The translations under genes and the position numbers were made by a program. 64,000 nt of DNA. Origin: Candidatus Latescibacterota bacterium. GTDB taxonomy: Bacteria; Latescibacterota; UBA2968; GCA-2709665. Under the pieces are notes generated by a model. That model did no database searches. It worked only from the letters and a program-made list of their open reading frames with translations, and was not told the DNA's origin. Positions 18,352 through 27,589 of the stretch are shown one piece after another (positions within the stretch are counted from its first letter, which is position 1; the number at the start of each line of letters is the position of its first letter). The stretch covers positions 1,600,001-1,664,000 of the forward strand of contig OZ242358.1 in the NCBI GenBank assembly GCA_965208835.1, written 5' to 3'.

Positions 18352-20688
18352 GTGAGATCCGAAATTCGGAATTCCATTGTCATTCTGCTTCTGCTGATTT
18401 TCGCCGCCTGCACGCCACGGGAAACCGTGACCGTGTCAGGCGCGGTATACCGGCCGGGAGACGTCGGCTACCGTTCGGATTGGAAACTGGAGAATTACGT
18501 GGCCGCGGCGGGGGGATTCCTTGCCGAAGCGGATACCGGACGGGCCGCGCTGGTCCGCGATACGGGAGACAGCGTGGTTGCCGGAGCGCAAAGCAACGTC
18601 CTGAAATGGGCGGTTGAAGACGCCCCGGCCCCATTGCCGGGCGACCTGATGACCGTTCCGCTGAAGTCGTATCGGGTCCGGTTCGATACGGTGATGGCGG
18701 TCGGGGACCTGCGGCTGGAATGGAGAGATCATGTCTACCTTATGGCGCATGGCAGGGCGGCGCTCGGGACGACGCCGCGGGGGGTGGTGGCTGCGGTGTT
18801 CTTCGGGAACGGGGAGGTGATCCGGCAGGCTTCAGGGAACGCGGCAGGTCCGTTTCAATACCTCTATGTGACAATGCATCCCGATCGGTACGGCGGTCTT
18901 CTGCCGGCGACCGCACTTCCAGTCTCCGACCGCGAGTCGCTCGAAGACGCGGCGGCGCTGCACCGCTATATGTTCCGGACGTCCACGTTCAGGACGGGAG
19001 AGCGTACGCACCTGCCGCCCGACGGTCACTTCCGGGTGCAGGCCGGCGTCTGGCTCATGCCGAAGAATGCGGCGTATCCCGGTAATGGCGTGCGGAAACG
19101 GCATTACGGTGACGGCAGGGTATGGACGACGTTTCCGGACGGAAGGCAGCGGTGGCGGTATCCGAACGGGCGAACGGTGATGGAGTTTCCCGATAAGTCG
19201 CAGGAAACGCGGTTTCAGGATGGTTCGGTCCGAATGGAAGACGCGCTGGGTGGCGTGAGGACGACGCATCCGGATGGGCGGACCGTGTTCGAAGACGCCG
19301 GCGGCAACCGGCACCTGGTTTATGAAGACGGGCGTCAGGAATGGCGGCATGCGTCCGGGAACAGGGTGACGATATATCCGGATGGCCGGCGGGTACACCG
19401 GTTTGCAAGCGGAACCGTGCGCACGGTAAATCTCGATGGCGTCGAGCGGACGGTTTTCTCCGACGGGACCCTGCACGTGCGATACCCCGGCGGAAAGGTG
19501 GAGATCAAGGCGCCCGGCGGGTCCCGAGAGACGCGTTTTCCGGACGGAAGTGTGCTGGCAAAAACGCCCGAAGGACACCGCATCAGGATCTTTGCGGACG
19601 GCCGTCAGTTTACGCGGATGAACGACGGTACAACGATTGACGAGTTTCCGGATGGACGAAAGATACAGAAACATCCATCGGGCGAGACGCTGGAGGTGTT
19701 CGCGGACCGGTCGCGCCGCACCGTGTATCCGGACGGCTCCGAAACGGTTCGACGTCCCGACGGCGTACGCGTCGCACGGCTTGAGGACGGGACGGTAATC
19801 GAGGAATTCCCGGACGGCAGGGTTGTTCAGACCGATACGTCGGGTGTGCGGATCGAGTTCCTGACTCCGGATCGATATACAATTACGGACCGGGAGGGCA
19901 ACCGCGTCGAGGTTGGCCCCGACAGCACTGCCACAAAACTGTTCGTGGAGCCCTATAGGTACCGCGGCTCGATCCGGCGCGACCTGATCGGCCTGGAACG
20001 CGTACCGGAACGAATCTCTCCCGGCATGGAAGCATCCATCCGGGGGTCGGTGGACGATTTGGTGAAATCGCTGTCAATCGTGGCTTTTTCGCTGCCGGAT
20101 GGCGACGTCCTGGATATGTCGATGAAGCACGAGGCGGGACTGTTTTCAGGGTTCCTGCTGATTCGTGAGCCCGGACATTATCGACTGCAGATCCAGGGGA
20201 AACTGGAAAACGGCGATGTTGTGATGCTGGAAGACCGCATGTTGAAGGTCGGGAATCCGAAGCCCATCGTGAAACCCCCGATTGAAGTCGAGCTCTATCC
20301 GGGCGACGCGGCCGCCGGCCGGCGGCTGATGGAGCTCGTGAACCAGGTGCGCGGCAGAAAGGGCCGCATGAGATTGAGGTGGGACGACGAACTGGCTTAC
20401 GCGGCGTCGTCGCACCTGAAGGACATGCTGGCGTACAGTTCCGTCTCGCACCGGTCGCCTTTGTACGGAAACCTGACGAGCCGCCTGGAACGTCTTGACA
20501 TTGAATTTGAGGTGGCGCTTGAAAACCTTGCGACGGCGCCGTCGCTGGAGGAAGCGCATTGGCACCTGATGTTGAGCGCCGAGCACAGGCGGAATATTCT
20601 CGACCCGCGGCTGACGCATATCGGCATTGCCGTGACGCACGAGCGGGGCCAGGTGTGGGTCGCGGAAATCTTCAAGCGGAGACATTAA
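18352..20688 (+). CDS. Lipoprotein: SLBB-like domain + long (F/Y)PDG beta-hairpin repeat (Tcp10_C-like) + C-terminal CAP/SCP domain
   Basis: Lipobox IFAAC, VTVSGAVYRPG...AAAGG, about 30 xxxx(F/Y)xDG units, and ENLA...HLMLSAEHRRNIL...IGIAV. Confidence 0.75.
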   Translation: MRSEIRNSIVILLLLIFAACTPRETVTVSGAVYRPGDVGYRSDWKLENYVAAAGGFLAEADTGRAALVRDTGDSVVAGAQSNVLKWAVEDAPAPLPGDLMTVPLKSYRVRFDTVMAVGDLRLEWRDHVYLMAHGRAALGTTPRGVVAAVFFGNGEVIRQASGNAAGPFQYLYVTMHPDRYGGLLPATALPVSDRESLEDAAALHRYMFRTSTFRTGERTHLPPDGHFRVQAGVWLMPKNAAYPGNGVRKRHYGDGRVWTTFPDGRQRWRYPNGRTVMEFPDKSQETRFQDGSVRMEDALGGVRTTHPDGRTVFEDAGGNRHLVYEDGRQEWRHASGNRVTIYPDGRRVHRFASGTVRTVNLDGVERTVFSDGTLHVRYPGGKVEIKAPGGSRETRFPDGSVLAKTPEGHRIRIFADGRQFTRMNDGTTIDEFPDGRKIQKHPSGETLEVFADRSRRTVYPDGSETVRRPDGVRVARLEDGTVIEEFPDGRVVQTDTSGVRIEFLTPDRYTITDREGNRVEVGPDSTATKLFVEPYRYRGSIRRDLIGLERVPERISPGMEASIRGSVDDLVKSLSIVAFSLPDGDVLDMSMKHEAGLFSGFLLIREPGHYRLQIQGKLENGDVVMLEDRMLKVGNPKPIVKPPIEVELYPGDAAAGRRLMELVNQVRGRKGRMRLRWDDELAYAASSHLKDMLAYSSVSHRSPLYGNLTSRLERLDIEFEVALENLATAPSLEEAHWHLMLSAEHRRNILDPRLTHIGIAVTHERGQVWVAEIFKRRH

Positions 20689-20788
20689 CCAGGATTCATG
20701 TGTCTTTGTGGACGTTAATTCGAATATATCCGAGTTGATAAAGTCGATTAAACTGCGGATTACCAGGATACTCGAGGATTGGACGTGA
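20685..20788 (-). repeat. Family B TTAA-bounded element, truncated copy
   Basis: GATTAAACTGCGGATTACCAGGAT is the reverse complement of the core in 32760-32955. Confidence 0.75.
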
Positions 20789-23019
20789 TGATCAGACGTG
20801 GAACAGCTTGCCTGGTCGTCGGCGCACTGGCTTGGTGCAGCGGCGCTGTCGCGTCCGAAAACGACCTGAAGACCGCCGAAGAACGGTTCCGGATTGCGAT
20901 CGAGGGACTGGGGCGGGTCTCGACCGAGGAGAGTCTCCGTGCATTGAATGACGTGCTGGCGCTGGATGAGAATCATGTCCTGGCGCACGTGGAAATCGCC
21001 AGGCTGCATATGTCGACGAATACGCCTCTTGCCAGGAGCAGCGCTGAGAAATTTCTGCGGCGCGCAATCCGGCTGGATCCGGAAAACTGGGAACATCGGG
21101 TGCTGCTGGGCGATCTCCTGTGGGCGCAGGGGTTTCTGTCGAACGCAAGACGACAATATGAGGAAGTCCTGGCGCAGGATCCGGAGAACGCGCAAGCGGC
21201 TTTCGGAGTGGGAGTTTACTATGCAAAAGACTTTATGAAGTATTGGAACATGATCGACACGGAGGGAATCAGCCATAGCGTGGTGCTTGAGTGGCGGCAT
21301 TTCGCCCGTGAATACCGTGAACTGGCAATCCGGAATCTCGGGCAGAGCATCGAGTACGATCCGGGATTCAAGGACGCCTATTACCAGTTGGGCCTGGTCT
21401 ATATGGAGGATATGAGATCCGCTCCCGTGGCCGCAGGAAGGGCGCTCGTAGGCGTCGCCAACTCACTGCTGAAGGCGTATCCCGGGAACAAGGACGCATT
21501 GCTCTTTGTCGGGTTGGGCTACCACACCGGCGGATTTCCGGAACAGGCATGGGATTTCTACGTCCGGGCGCTCGAGATGATGGGCGCGGAGGAACGTTCG
21601 ATCATCGAATCCGTGGACGTCGTGGCCGACGAAAAAGAGCGGACGCGAATCGCGAAAGCAGACACGCAGGCGCAAGAATCGAGAGGAGAATGGGTTGAGA
21701 GTGTTGAGAGGGAACGGTTCTGGCTCAAGCAAGACCCGTTGCTGCTGACGGAATCGAACGAACGGAGAATGGAGCACTACCGCCGGGTGGCCTATGCCAA
21801 TTTGCGGTTCGGCAAGCCCAGGCAGGGAATCGCGGGCTGGCGCACCCCGATGGGGAGGGTCTACATCAAGTACGGTGACCCGCTTGGACGGACGGTGACG
21901 CGTCCCGAGGTGGACCAGCGGGGACGTACTGTTCAGGCGCATATGGAGCTGTGGGCTTATGAAGGCTTTTCCTTTCGATTCAGGAACTGGAACGGTTTGG
22001 ACGGCTGGCACTTTGACGTCAGGTCTCCCGTTTTCCCTTACGGAGAATGGGTCCTCAAACGGACGCCGCAGCGATTCGTGGATCCCTTTCGCGACCTGAA
22101 ATACAGCATGCCGTACCACGTGGCCGCGTTTCGAGATGCCGGCAGGATACGCCTCGAGGTAGCCTATGCAATTGCGAAGGAGAGATTGAGGATGTCTCAC
22201 ACGGGTGGCGTCGACCTGCAGGACGGGCTTTTCCTGTTTGATGGCGACTGGAAAGAGGTCTCGCGGGCGGTTTATGCGACCCGGCGGCTTGCGGACGTGG
22301 GAACCGACAGCGTCAGGGGCCGGTACCTGCTTTCACAATCGACGCTGGTCGTAGATCCGGGGGACTATCATCTCATCGCCGAGGTGCAGGACCGCGGGAC
22401 CCGATCCGTCGGCACGTTCCGGGACACATTCGAATTTCCGATCGTGGGTTCCGCACCCGCGATGAGCGATCTGCTGGTGGCAACCGACATCCGGATGGAC
22501 GATCCGTTTCCCGAACGGCGAGAGGATTTGAGGGTGGCGTTGAATCCGCTCCACACGTTCCATCGCTTGGAATCGGTGTACGTCTATTTCGAGGTCTACA
22601 ACCTTGCACGGGATGATTTCGGAGGGACCAAATACGAGATTACCTATCGGGTCGGGCGCCCGGAAGCGTCCGAAGTGGTCCCCGGGAGATTCGAGGCCGT
22701 GGCGCTGGCAGAACCGGCTGGTGAAGTTCGTATGCGGGTCGGACCGGTGCGGGAGGACGGGCCTGTCGAATATCAGTTGAGGTACATTCCGGCCGAGCGA
22801 AACCGGGTTTCGAGGATGTTTCGAAAGTTTGAAAGCGAGGCGGGAGAGACCGCGGTTACCGTTCGTTATGAAGGAGACCGGGTGGATGATTTCACCTATC
22901 TTCAGATCGCCCTGGATAGCGTACCGGTGGGGGTCCACAGGCTGTCGGTAGAACTGAAGGACCTGAACAGTGCGGGGCAGGGTGACGAGAGACGCGTGTT
23001 GTTCCGGGTGTTTGAGTGA
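20788..23019 (+). CDS. TPR + GWxTD-domain secreted protein
   Basis: Signal peptide, TPR helices and FW..QDP...EHYRRVAYAN..FG...GWRTPMGRVYIKYGDP. Confidence 0.82.
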   Translation: MIRRGTACLVVGALAWCSGAVASENDLKTAEERFRIAIEGLGRVSTEESLRALNDVLALDENHVLAHVEIARLHMSTNTPLARSSAEKFLRRAIRLDPENWEHRVLLGDLLWAQGFLSNARRQYEEVLAQDPENAQAAFGVGVYYAKDFMKYWNMIDTEGISHSVVLEWRHFAREYRELAIRNLGQSIEYDPGFKDAYYQLGLVYMEDMRSAPVAAGRALVGVANSLLKAYPGNKDALLFVGLGYHTGGFPEQAWDFYVRALEMMGAEERSIIESVDVVADEKERTRIAKADTQAQESRGEWVESVERERFWLKQDPLLLTESNERRMEHYRRVAYANLRFGKPRQGIAGWRTPMGRVYIKYGDPLGRTVTRPEVDQRGRTVQAHMELWAYEGFSFRFRNWNGLDGWHFDVRSPVFPYGEWVLKRTPQRFVDPFRDLKYSMPYHVAAFRDAGRIRLEVAYAIAKERLRMSHTGGVDLQDGLFLFDGDWKEVSRAVYATRRLADVGTDSVRGRYLLSQSTLVVDPGDYHLIAEVQDRGTRSVGTFRDTFEFPIVGSAPAMSDLLVATDIRMDDPFPERREDLRVALNPLHTFHRLESVYVYFEVYNLARDDFGGTKYEITYRVGRPEASEVVPGRFEAVALAEPAGEVRMRVGPVREDGPVEYQLRYIPAERNRVSRMFRKFESEAGETAVTVRYEGDRVDDFTYLQIALDSVPVGVHRLSVELKDLNSAGQGDERRVLFRVFE

Positions 23020-23071
23020 AGAAGGACAGGCGTGAGACGGTGGAGTTAAGAGGTCCGCCCTCAAGCCCGCG

Positions 23072-23869
23072 TCATTTGAGGCGGATGACGTCACCGGGCA
23101 CTTTCAGTTGAAACCGGCCTTCCGGAACGCCGGAGTTGACTTTCCGGCTGCTGACCTGAATCCGGATCCGGTCGCTGCCCTGGACAATCTCCATCCGGCG
23201 CGGAAGGGCGATGCCGTTCTGAAGCCGGTATTCGGAGAGGGTACGGCGGGAAATCAACATCCCCTGGGACGAATAAACCCGTTCTTCGAGCAGCACGGCC
23301 GTACGCGGGTCGAAACGAAGGCGGCGTGTCCACAGCGGTTCGATAATCTCCACGACGAGACTGTCGGGGTGGGTCTCAAACCCGCCGATTCGCGGCAGGC
23401 TCAGCGGAGAAAGGTTGACGAGGCCCAATATCGCCTCACGCGCGCCGTAAGGCGTGAGGTCCATTCCGGTGACGGTGCGCAGAACGTCCTCCGAAGGTCC
23501 CTCCAGATAGTGATTGGTTTTGGCAAGGTACACCGCGAGAGAGTCGCCGCGGGCAAGCGCCGAAAGGACGCTGCTGAATAGCACCTTCATCTCAATTTTC
23601 AATGCGTCCGGCGACCGGAAGAAGAGGACGACAACGCCGTTCTGCTTGACGCCGTCTACACGCATGTTGATACCGGCGCGGACCTCAAGGTCGAGAAGGC
23701 TGTCGGACCTCGACGAGACGATGCGCAGCAGTTCGGCGGGGGTCGAAACGGGTGCGACTTCCGGGAGGCGGGAGAGGGATGCGGCGCAGCCTGCAAGCAC
23801 GAGGAGAAGAAGACAGAGGGCAGGTTTCGGCGTGATGGATCGCGTTCCGGACCGCTGAAGGTGTGCCAT
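23072..23869 (-). CDS. LolA/LolB-fold (DUF4292-like) lipoprotein
   Basis: Lipobox LAGC, beta-rich sequence ending LPRRMEI...FQLKVPGD. Lies downstream of a TPR gene. Confidence 0.6.
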   Translation of the reverse strand: MAHLQRSGTRSITPKPALCLLLLVLAGCAASLSRLPEVAPVSTPAELLRIVSSRSDSLLDLEVRAGINMRVDGVKQNGVVVLFFRSPDALKIEMKVLFSSVLSALARGDSLAVYLAKTNHYLEGPSEDVLRTVTGMDLTPYGAREAILGLVNLSPLSLPRIGGFETHPDSLVVEIIEPLWTRRLRFDPRTAVLLEERVYSSQGMLISRRTLSEYRLQNGIALPRRMEIVQGSDRIRIQVSSRKVNSGVPEGRFQLKVPGDVIRLK

Positions 23870-23870
23870 T

Positions 23871-25997
23871 TCAGGGTCCGCTTGCGTCGTTGGGGCGGAC
23901 GGACTGCAATTTGCGCCGGATGGAATCGTTTTCGGGATTCAGATCGGCCGCGCGCCGCCAGTGCTCGAGGGCTTCGTCGATGTTGCCAAGGGCCCGGGCG
24001 GCATCGCCGACGTGGTCCAGAATGATCGACAGATTCTCGAGCTGGCCGGCTGTTCGGAACTCCATTTCGATCTCGTTCAGCCTGCTTTCTTCGGCTTTCA
24101 ATGCAAGCTTGAGAAATCGCATCGCCTCGTCGTATCGCTGTTGCTGGAAATAGACCCATCCCATGCTGTCCAGGTACGCGCCGTTGTGCGGGTCGCCCCT
24201 CAATGCCCTTTCGATATAACCCTCCGCTTCCCCAAGGCGAACGCCTTTTTCCGCGAACATATAACCCAGATAGTTCAACGCCTGGTGGTTGTCGGGCGCC
24301 CTGGCAAGAAGACGCTGGAACACGGCAACCGCGCTATCGAACCGCCCAGCGCGCTCGTAACCGTGACCCAGGTCATACAGGACGTCCTCGAGGAGTTCCG
24401 CGTCGTCTTCGAGGCGACTCAGAAGGCCTTCGAGTTCGGGAATCGCGGCTTCCCAGCTTTTCTCCGCCAGATAGGTGCGGCCAACCGCCAGTCGAAAGCG
24501 AAGGTCTCCCGGCCGGGCGTTGACGGCCTGGCGATAGACGTTTCTCGCCTGTGCCGTACGATTGCTCATGGCGTACGCCCGCCCGAGATCAAACACAATC
24601 TGGGCGTAGAGTTCGGAACCGGTCGGCGTCTCGGCGAAGAGTCCATTGAGAATCCCGATGGCAGGGTCCCAATCCCGTTGGTTCAGATAGGCACGGCCAA
24701 TCGCCAGTCGAAAGCGAAGGTCTCCCGGCCGGGCGTTAACGGCCTGGCGGTAGACGTTTCTCGCCTGTGCCGTACGATTGCTCATGGCGTACGCCCGCCC
24801 GAGATCGAACACGATACGGGCGTAGAGATCGGAGTCGGCAGGCGTTTCGGCGAAGAGTTCATTGAAAATCCCGATGGCGGGGTCCCAATCCTGTTGGTTC
24901 AGATAGGTATGGGCAATGCCCAGACGGTACCTCGGGTCGGAGTCGAGAGATGTCGCCAAAATAAAGGATTGCCGTGCCTCCTCGGGGCGGTCCATGTCCA
25001 GAAGCAGCGACGCCTTCCGCCCAAGCAGGTCGTGTCTCTCCGGCAGTTCCCTTAAAAGACGGTTCAGAAGGGCTTCTGTGTGCCGAAAGCGAAGTGTGTC
25101 AAGGTCGGTCCCTTCGCCCGGTTCAGGAATGCTGCGAGGGAGGTGGACGGAAAACCGGTCAATAAAGAGCGTATCCAACGGCGTTTCCGAGATCAGGGCT
25201 TCCAGATGGTCGCCACGATCGTAAATTGCAATCAGCTTCTTCCAGAGCGTTAGCGTTGTTTTGTTCAGGCGGTGTTCAAAATGCGCCAGACCGGAACGAT
25301 AAATGGATGCGGCCCCCAGCGTGTCGCCGCCGGCAAGCGTCAGGTCGCCAAGGCGATTCCAGATCTGCACCTGCTCCGGATCGCGATGCAGGATACGGCG
25401 GTAGATGGCGGCCGTCCTGAGGGGCAGATTCAGCCGATGATACCCGTCGGCGATCAACAGATTGAACCGTATGTTCGGCGTTGGCACGGACGCGGCCCGA
25501 TCCAGTATACGCAGAACGTCCTGGCGCTGCCGTCTGGTCGTGTAGACCTGGAGCAGGCGGGCATATGCTCTGAAGTCCGCGGGATTCAGGCGCGTGATGG
25601 CCTCAAGTTGCGCCGTTGCCAGCAGGGTATCCCGTTGTCCTTTGACCAGGGTGTCGTACAACAGCCATCGATGCGCCGGGACCAGGGGTTTCAGCCGCAC
25701 GGCTCGTCGTGCCGCTTCGTCCGCTTCGGCTATCCGGTTCAATGAGATCAAATTGCGGGCAAGTGAATTGTATAGCGTGGCTGAGGTGGAATCGATGGCA
25801 ATGGCAGCTCTCAGCGACTCAACGGCTTCTTCAATCTGCCCAGCAAGCTTGAACCTTTTGGCGTCGATAAAATGACCCAGCGCCCGGGAATCCGCGCCGC
25901 GAGGTTCAGGCCGCGGGGGTATGACTGCCTGTCGGGGCGCGGCGCAACCCGCAATGCCCGCAAGACCCAGGAGGATGAGGATTGTACGAGTTTTCAT
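23871..25997 (-). CDS. TPR lipoprotein with a recent internal duplication
   Basis: Lipobox IAGC, ALNYLGY...AYLDSMGWVYF, and a 72-aa tandem duplication. Confidence 0.85.
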   Translation of the reverse strand: MKTRTILILLGLAGIAGCAAPRQAVIPPRPEPRGADSRALGHFIDAKRFKLAGQIEEAVESLRAAIAIDSTSATLYNSLARNLISLNRIAEADEAARRAVRLKPLVPAHRWLLYDTLVKGQRDTLLATAQLEAITRLNPADFRAYARLLQVYTTRRQRQDVLRILDRAASVPTPNIRFNLLIADGYHRLNLPLRTAAIYRRILHRDPEQVQIWNRLGDLTLAGGDTLGAASIYRSGLAHFEHRLNKTTLTLWKKLIAIYDRGDHLEALISETPLDTLFIDRFSVHLPRSIPEPGEGTDLDTLRFRHTEALLNRLLRELPERHDLLGRKASLLLDMDRPEEARQSFILATSLDSDPRYRLGIAHTYLNQQDWDPAIGIFNELFAETPADSDLYARIVFDLGRAYAMSNRTAQARNVYRQAVNARPGDLRFRLAIGRAYLNQRDWDPAIGILNGLFAETPTGSELYAQIVFDLGRAYAMSNRTAQARNVYRQAVNARPGDLRFRLAVGRTYLAEKSWEAAIPELEGLLSRLEDDAELLEDVLYDLGHGYERAGRFDSAVAVFQRLLARAPDNHQALNYLGYMFAEKGVRLGEAEGYIERALRGDPHNGAYLDSMGWVYFQQQRYDEAMRFLKLALKAEESRLNEIEMEFRTAGQLENLSIILDHVGDAARALGNIDEALEHWRRAADLNPENDSIRRKLQSVRPNDASGP

Positions 25998-26084
25998 ATT
26001 TTACGCGTTTATTCCCGAAGCATGGGTGTCAGACAGGAAGCGCGACCGCCTGGAAGGGGATTCAGATCCTTTCACGATCCGAGA

Positions 26085-27497
26085 TCAGAAAAGGTTGCCC
26101 GCTCGTTTTTCGAGGAGCAGCTTTCCGGCCTCGTTTTCGATGCGGATCGGATAGTCCTGCGTAAAGCAGGCCGTGCAATACTGGAGCGAGGAGTTGGGGG
26201 CCACGCCGAGCATGCCGTCGAGCGAGAGATATCCCAGGCTGTCCACGCCGAGGTGTTCGCGGATCTGCTCCACGGTCTTGGCGCTGGCGATCAGTTCCTT
26301 TTCGGTCTGAAAGTCGATTCCGTAGAAGCACGGACCCACGATAGGTGGACAGCTTACACGCACGTGAACCTGGCGGGCGCCCGCTTCCCGCAACATTCGT
26401 ACCAGGTGTTTGAGGGTTGTGCCCCGGACGATCGAATCTTCCACGACAACCACCCGTTTGCCGTTCAGAACGCCCCGAACCGGATTGAATTTGAGGCGGA
26501 CCTTGGACGATCGACTGTCCTGTCCGGGTGTGATGAAAGTGCGTCCGACGTAGTGGTTCCGTATCAGGCCGATTTCGTGTTTGATGCCGGACTGATTGGC
26601 GTAACCCAGCGCCGCGGTATTGCTGGAGTCCGGCACGGATATCACGATGTCTGCGGCGGCAGGTTGTTCTATGGCGAGTTGCCTGCCCAGCCGCCGCCGG
26701 GTCTTGTCCACGTTGTCGCCGAAGATGATGCTGTCGGGCCGTGAGAAATAGATGTATTCGAAGATGCAGAATGCGTGGCGATCGGCTTCCTCGGTCGTAA
26801 AGGCGCGGAGACCGTGCGAATCTATCATGATGAGTTCGCCGGGCTCGATGTCGCGAATATAACGTGCGGAGATGATGTCGAGCGCGCATGATTCGGACGC
26901 GACGATCCAGGCATCGCCCAGCTGGCCGAGGCACAACGGACGGAATCCGTAGGGATCGCGCGCCGCGAACAACTGGTTTTCAGTGGCCAGGACGAGCGAA
27001 TAGGCGCCTTCGACCTGCCGTAAGGCGTCTATAATTCGATCGGCCATCTTGTCTTCTCTGGATCTGGCGACGAGATGCAGGATCAGTTCGCTGTCGGTCG
27101 TCGTCTGAAAGATGGAGCCGTCGTCCTGCATCCGGTTGCGGAGTTCGGCGGTATTGGTGAGGTTTCCGTTGTGCGCGACGGCGAAAAACGCGTCCCGGCA
27201 CTCCGCCAGAAAGGGCTGGGCGTTGGTCAGGGTGTCAGATCCGGTCGTGGAATACCGATTGTGCCCGATGGCCAGGTGGCCCGGAAGCCGATCCAATACG
27301 TCTCCGTCGGCAAACACGTCGGCAACCTGACCCATTTCGGTATGGCGAAACAGATACTCACCGTTGCCTGAAACGATGCCGCTGCTCTCCTCGCCGCGGT
27401 GCTGCAGGGCGTGCAGGCCCAGCGTGGTGAGTTTCGCAGCATCGCTGTCCCCATAAATGCCGAAGATGCCGCAATAGTGTTTTACGCTCTGATCCAT
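26085..27497 (-). CDS. purF: Amidophosphoribosyltransferase
   Basis: CGIFG, LQHRG, GHNRYST, AHNGNL and VEDSIVRGTT. Confidence 0.97.
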   Translation of the reverse strand: MDQSVKHYCGIFGIYGDSDAAKLTTLGLHALQHRGEESSGIVSGNGEYLFRHTEMGQVADVFADGDVLDRLPGHLAIGHNRYSTTGSDTLTNAQPFLAECRDAFFAVAHNGNLTNTAELRNRMQDDGSIFQTTTDSELILHLVARSREDKMADRIIDALRQVEGAYSLVLATENQLFAARDPYGFRPLCLGQLGDAWIVASESCALDIISARYIRDIEPGELIMIDSHGLRAFTTEEADRHAFCIFEYIYFSRPDSIIFGDNVDKTRRRLGRQLAIEQPAAADIVISVPDSSNTAALGYANQSGIKHEIGLIRNHYVGRTFITPGQDSRSSKVRLKFNPVRGVLNGKRVVVVEDSIVRGTTLKHLVRMLREAGARQVHVRVSCPPIVGPCFYGIDFQTEKELIASAKTVEQIREHLGVDSLGYLSLDGMLGVAPNSSLQYCTACFTQDYPIRIENEAGKLLLEKRAGNLF

Positions 27498-27589
27498 CGG
27501 CCCTCCTGTCGGCGGAGTACGGATTGATAGTAATGGAAGAGACCGTTAACCTGCCAGGGGGATGGCGCGTTCTCCAGTGTTCGTAATCG

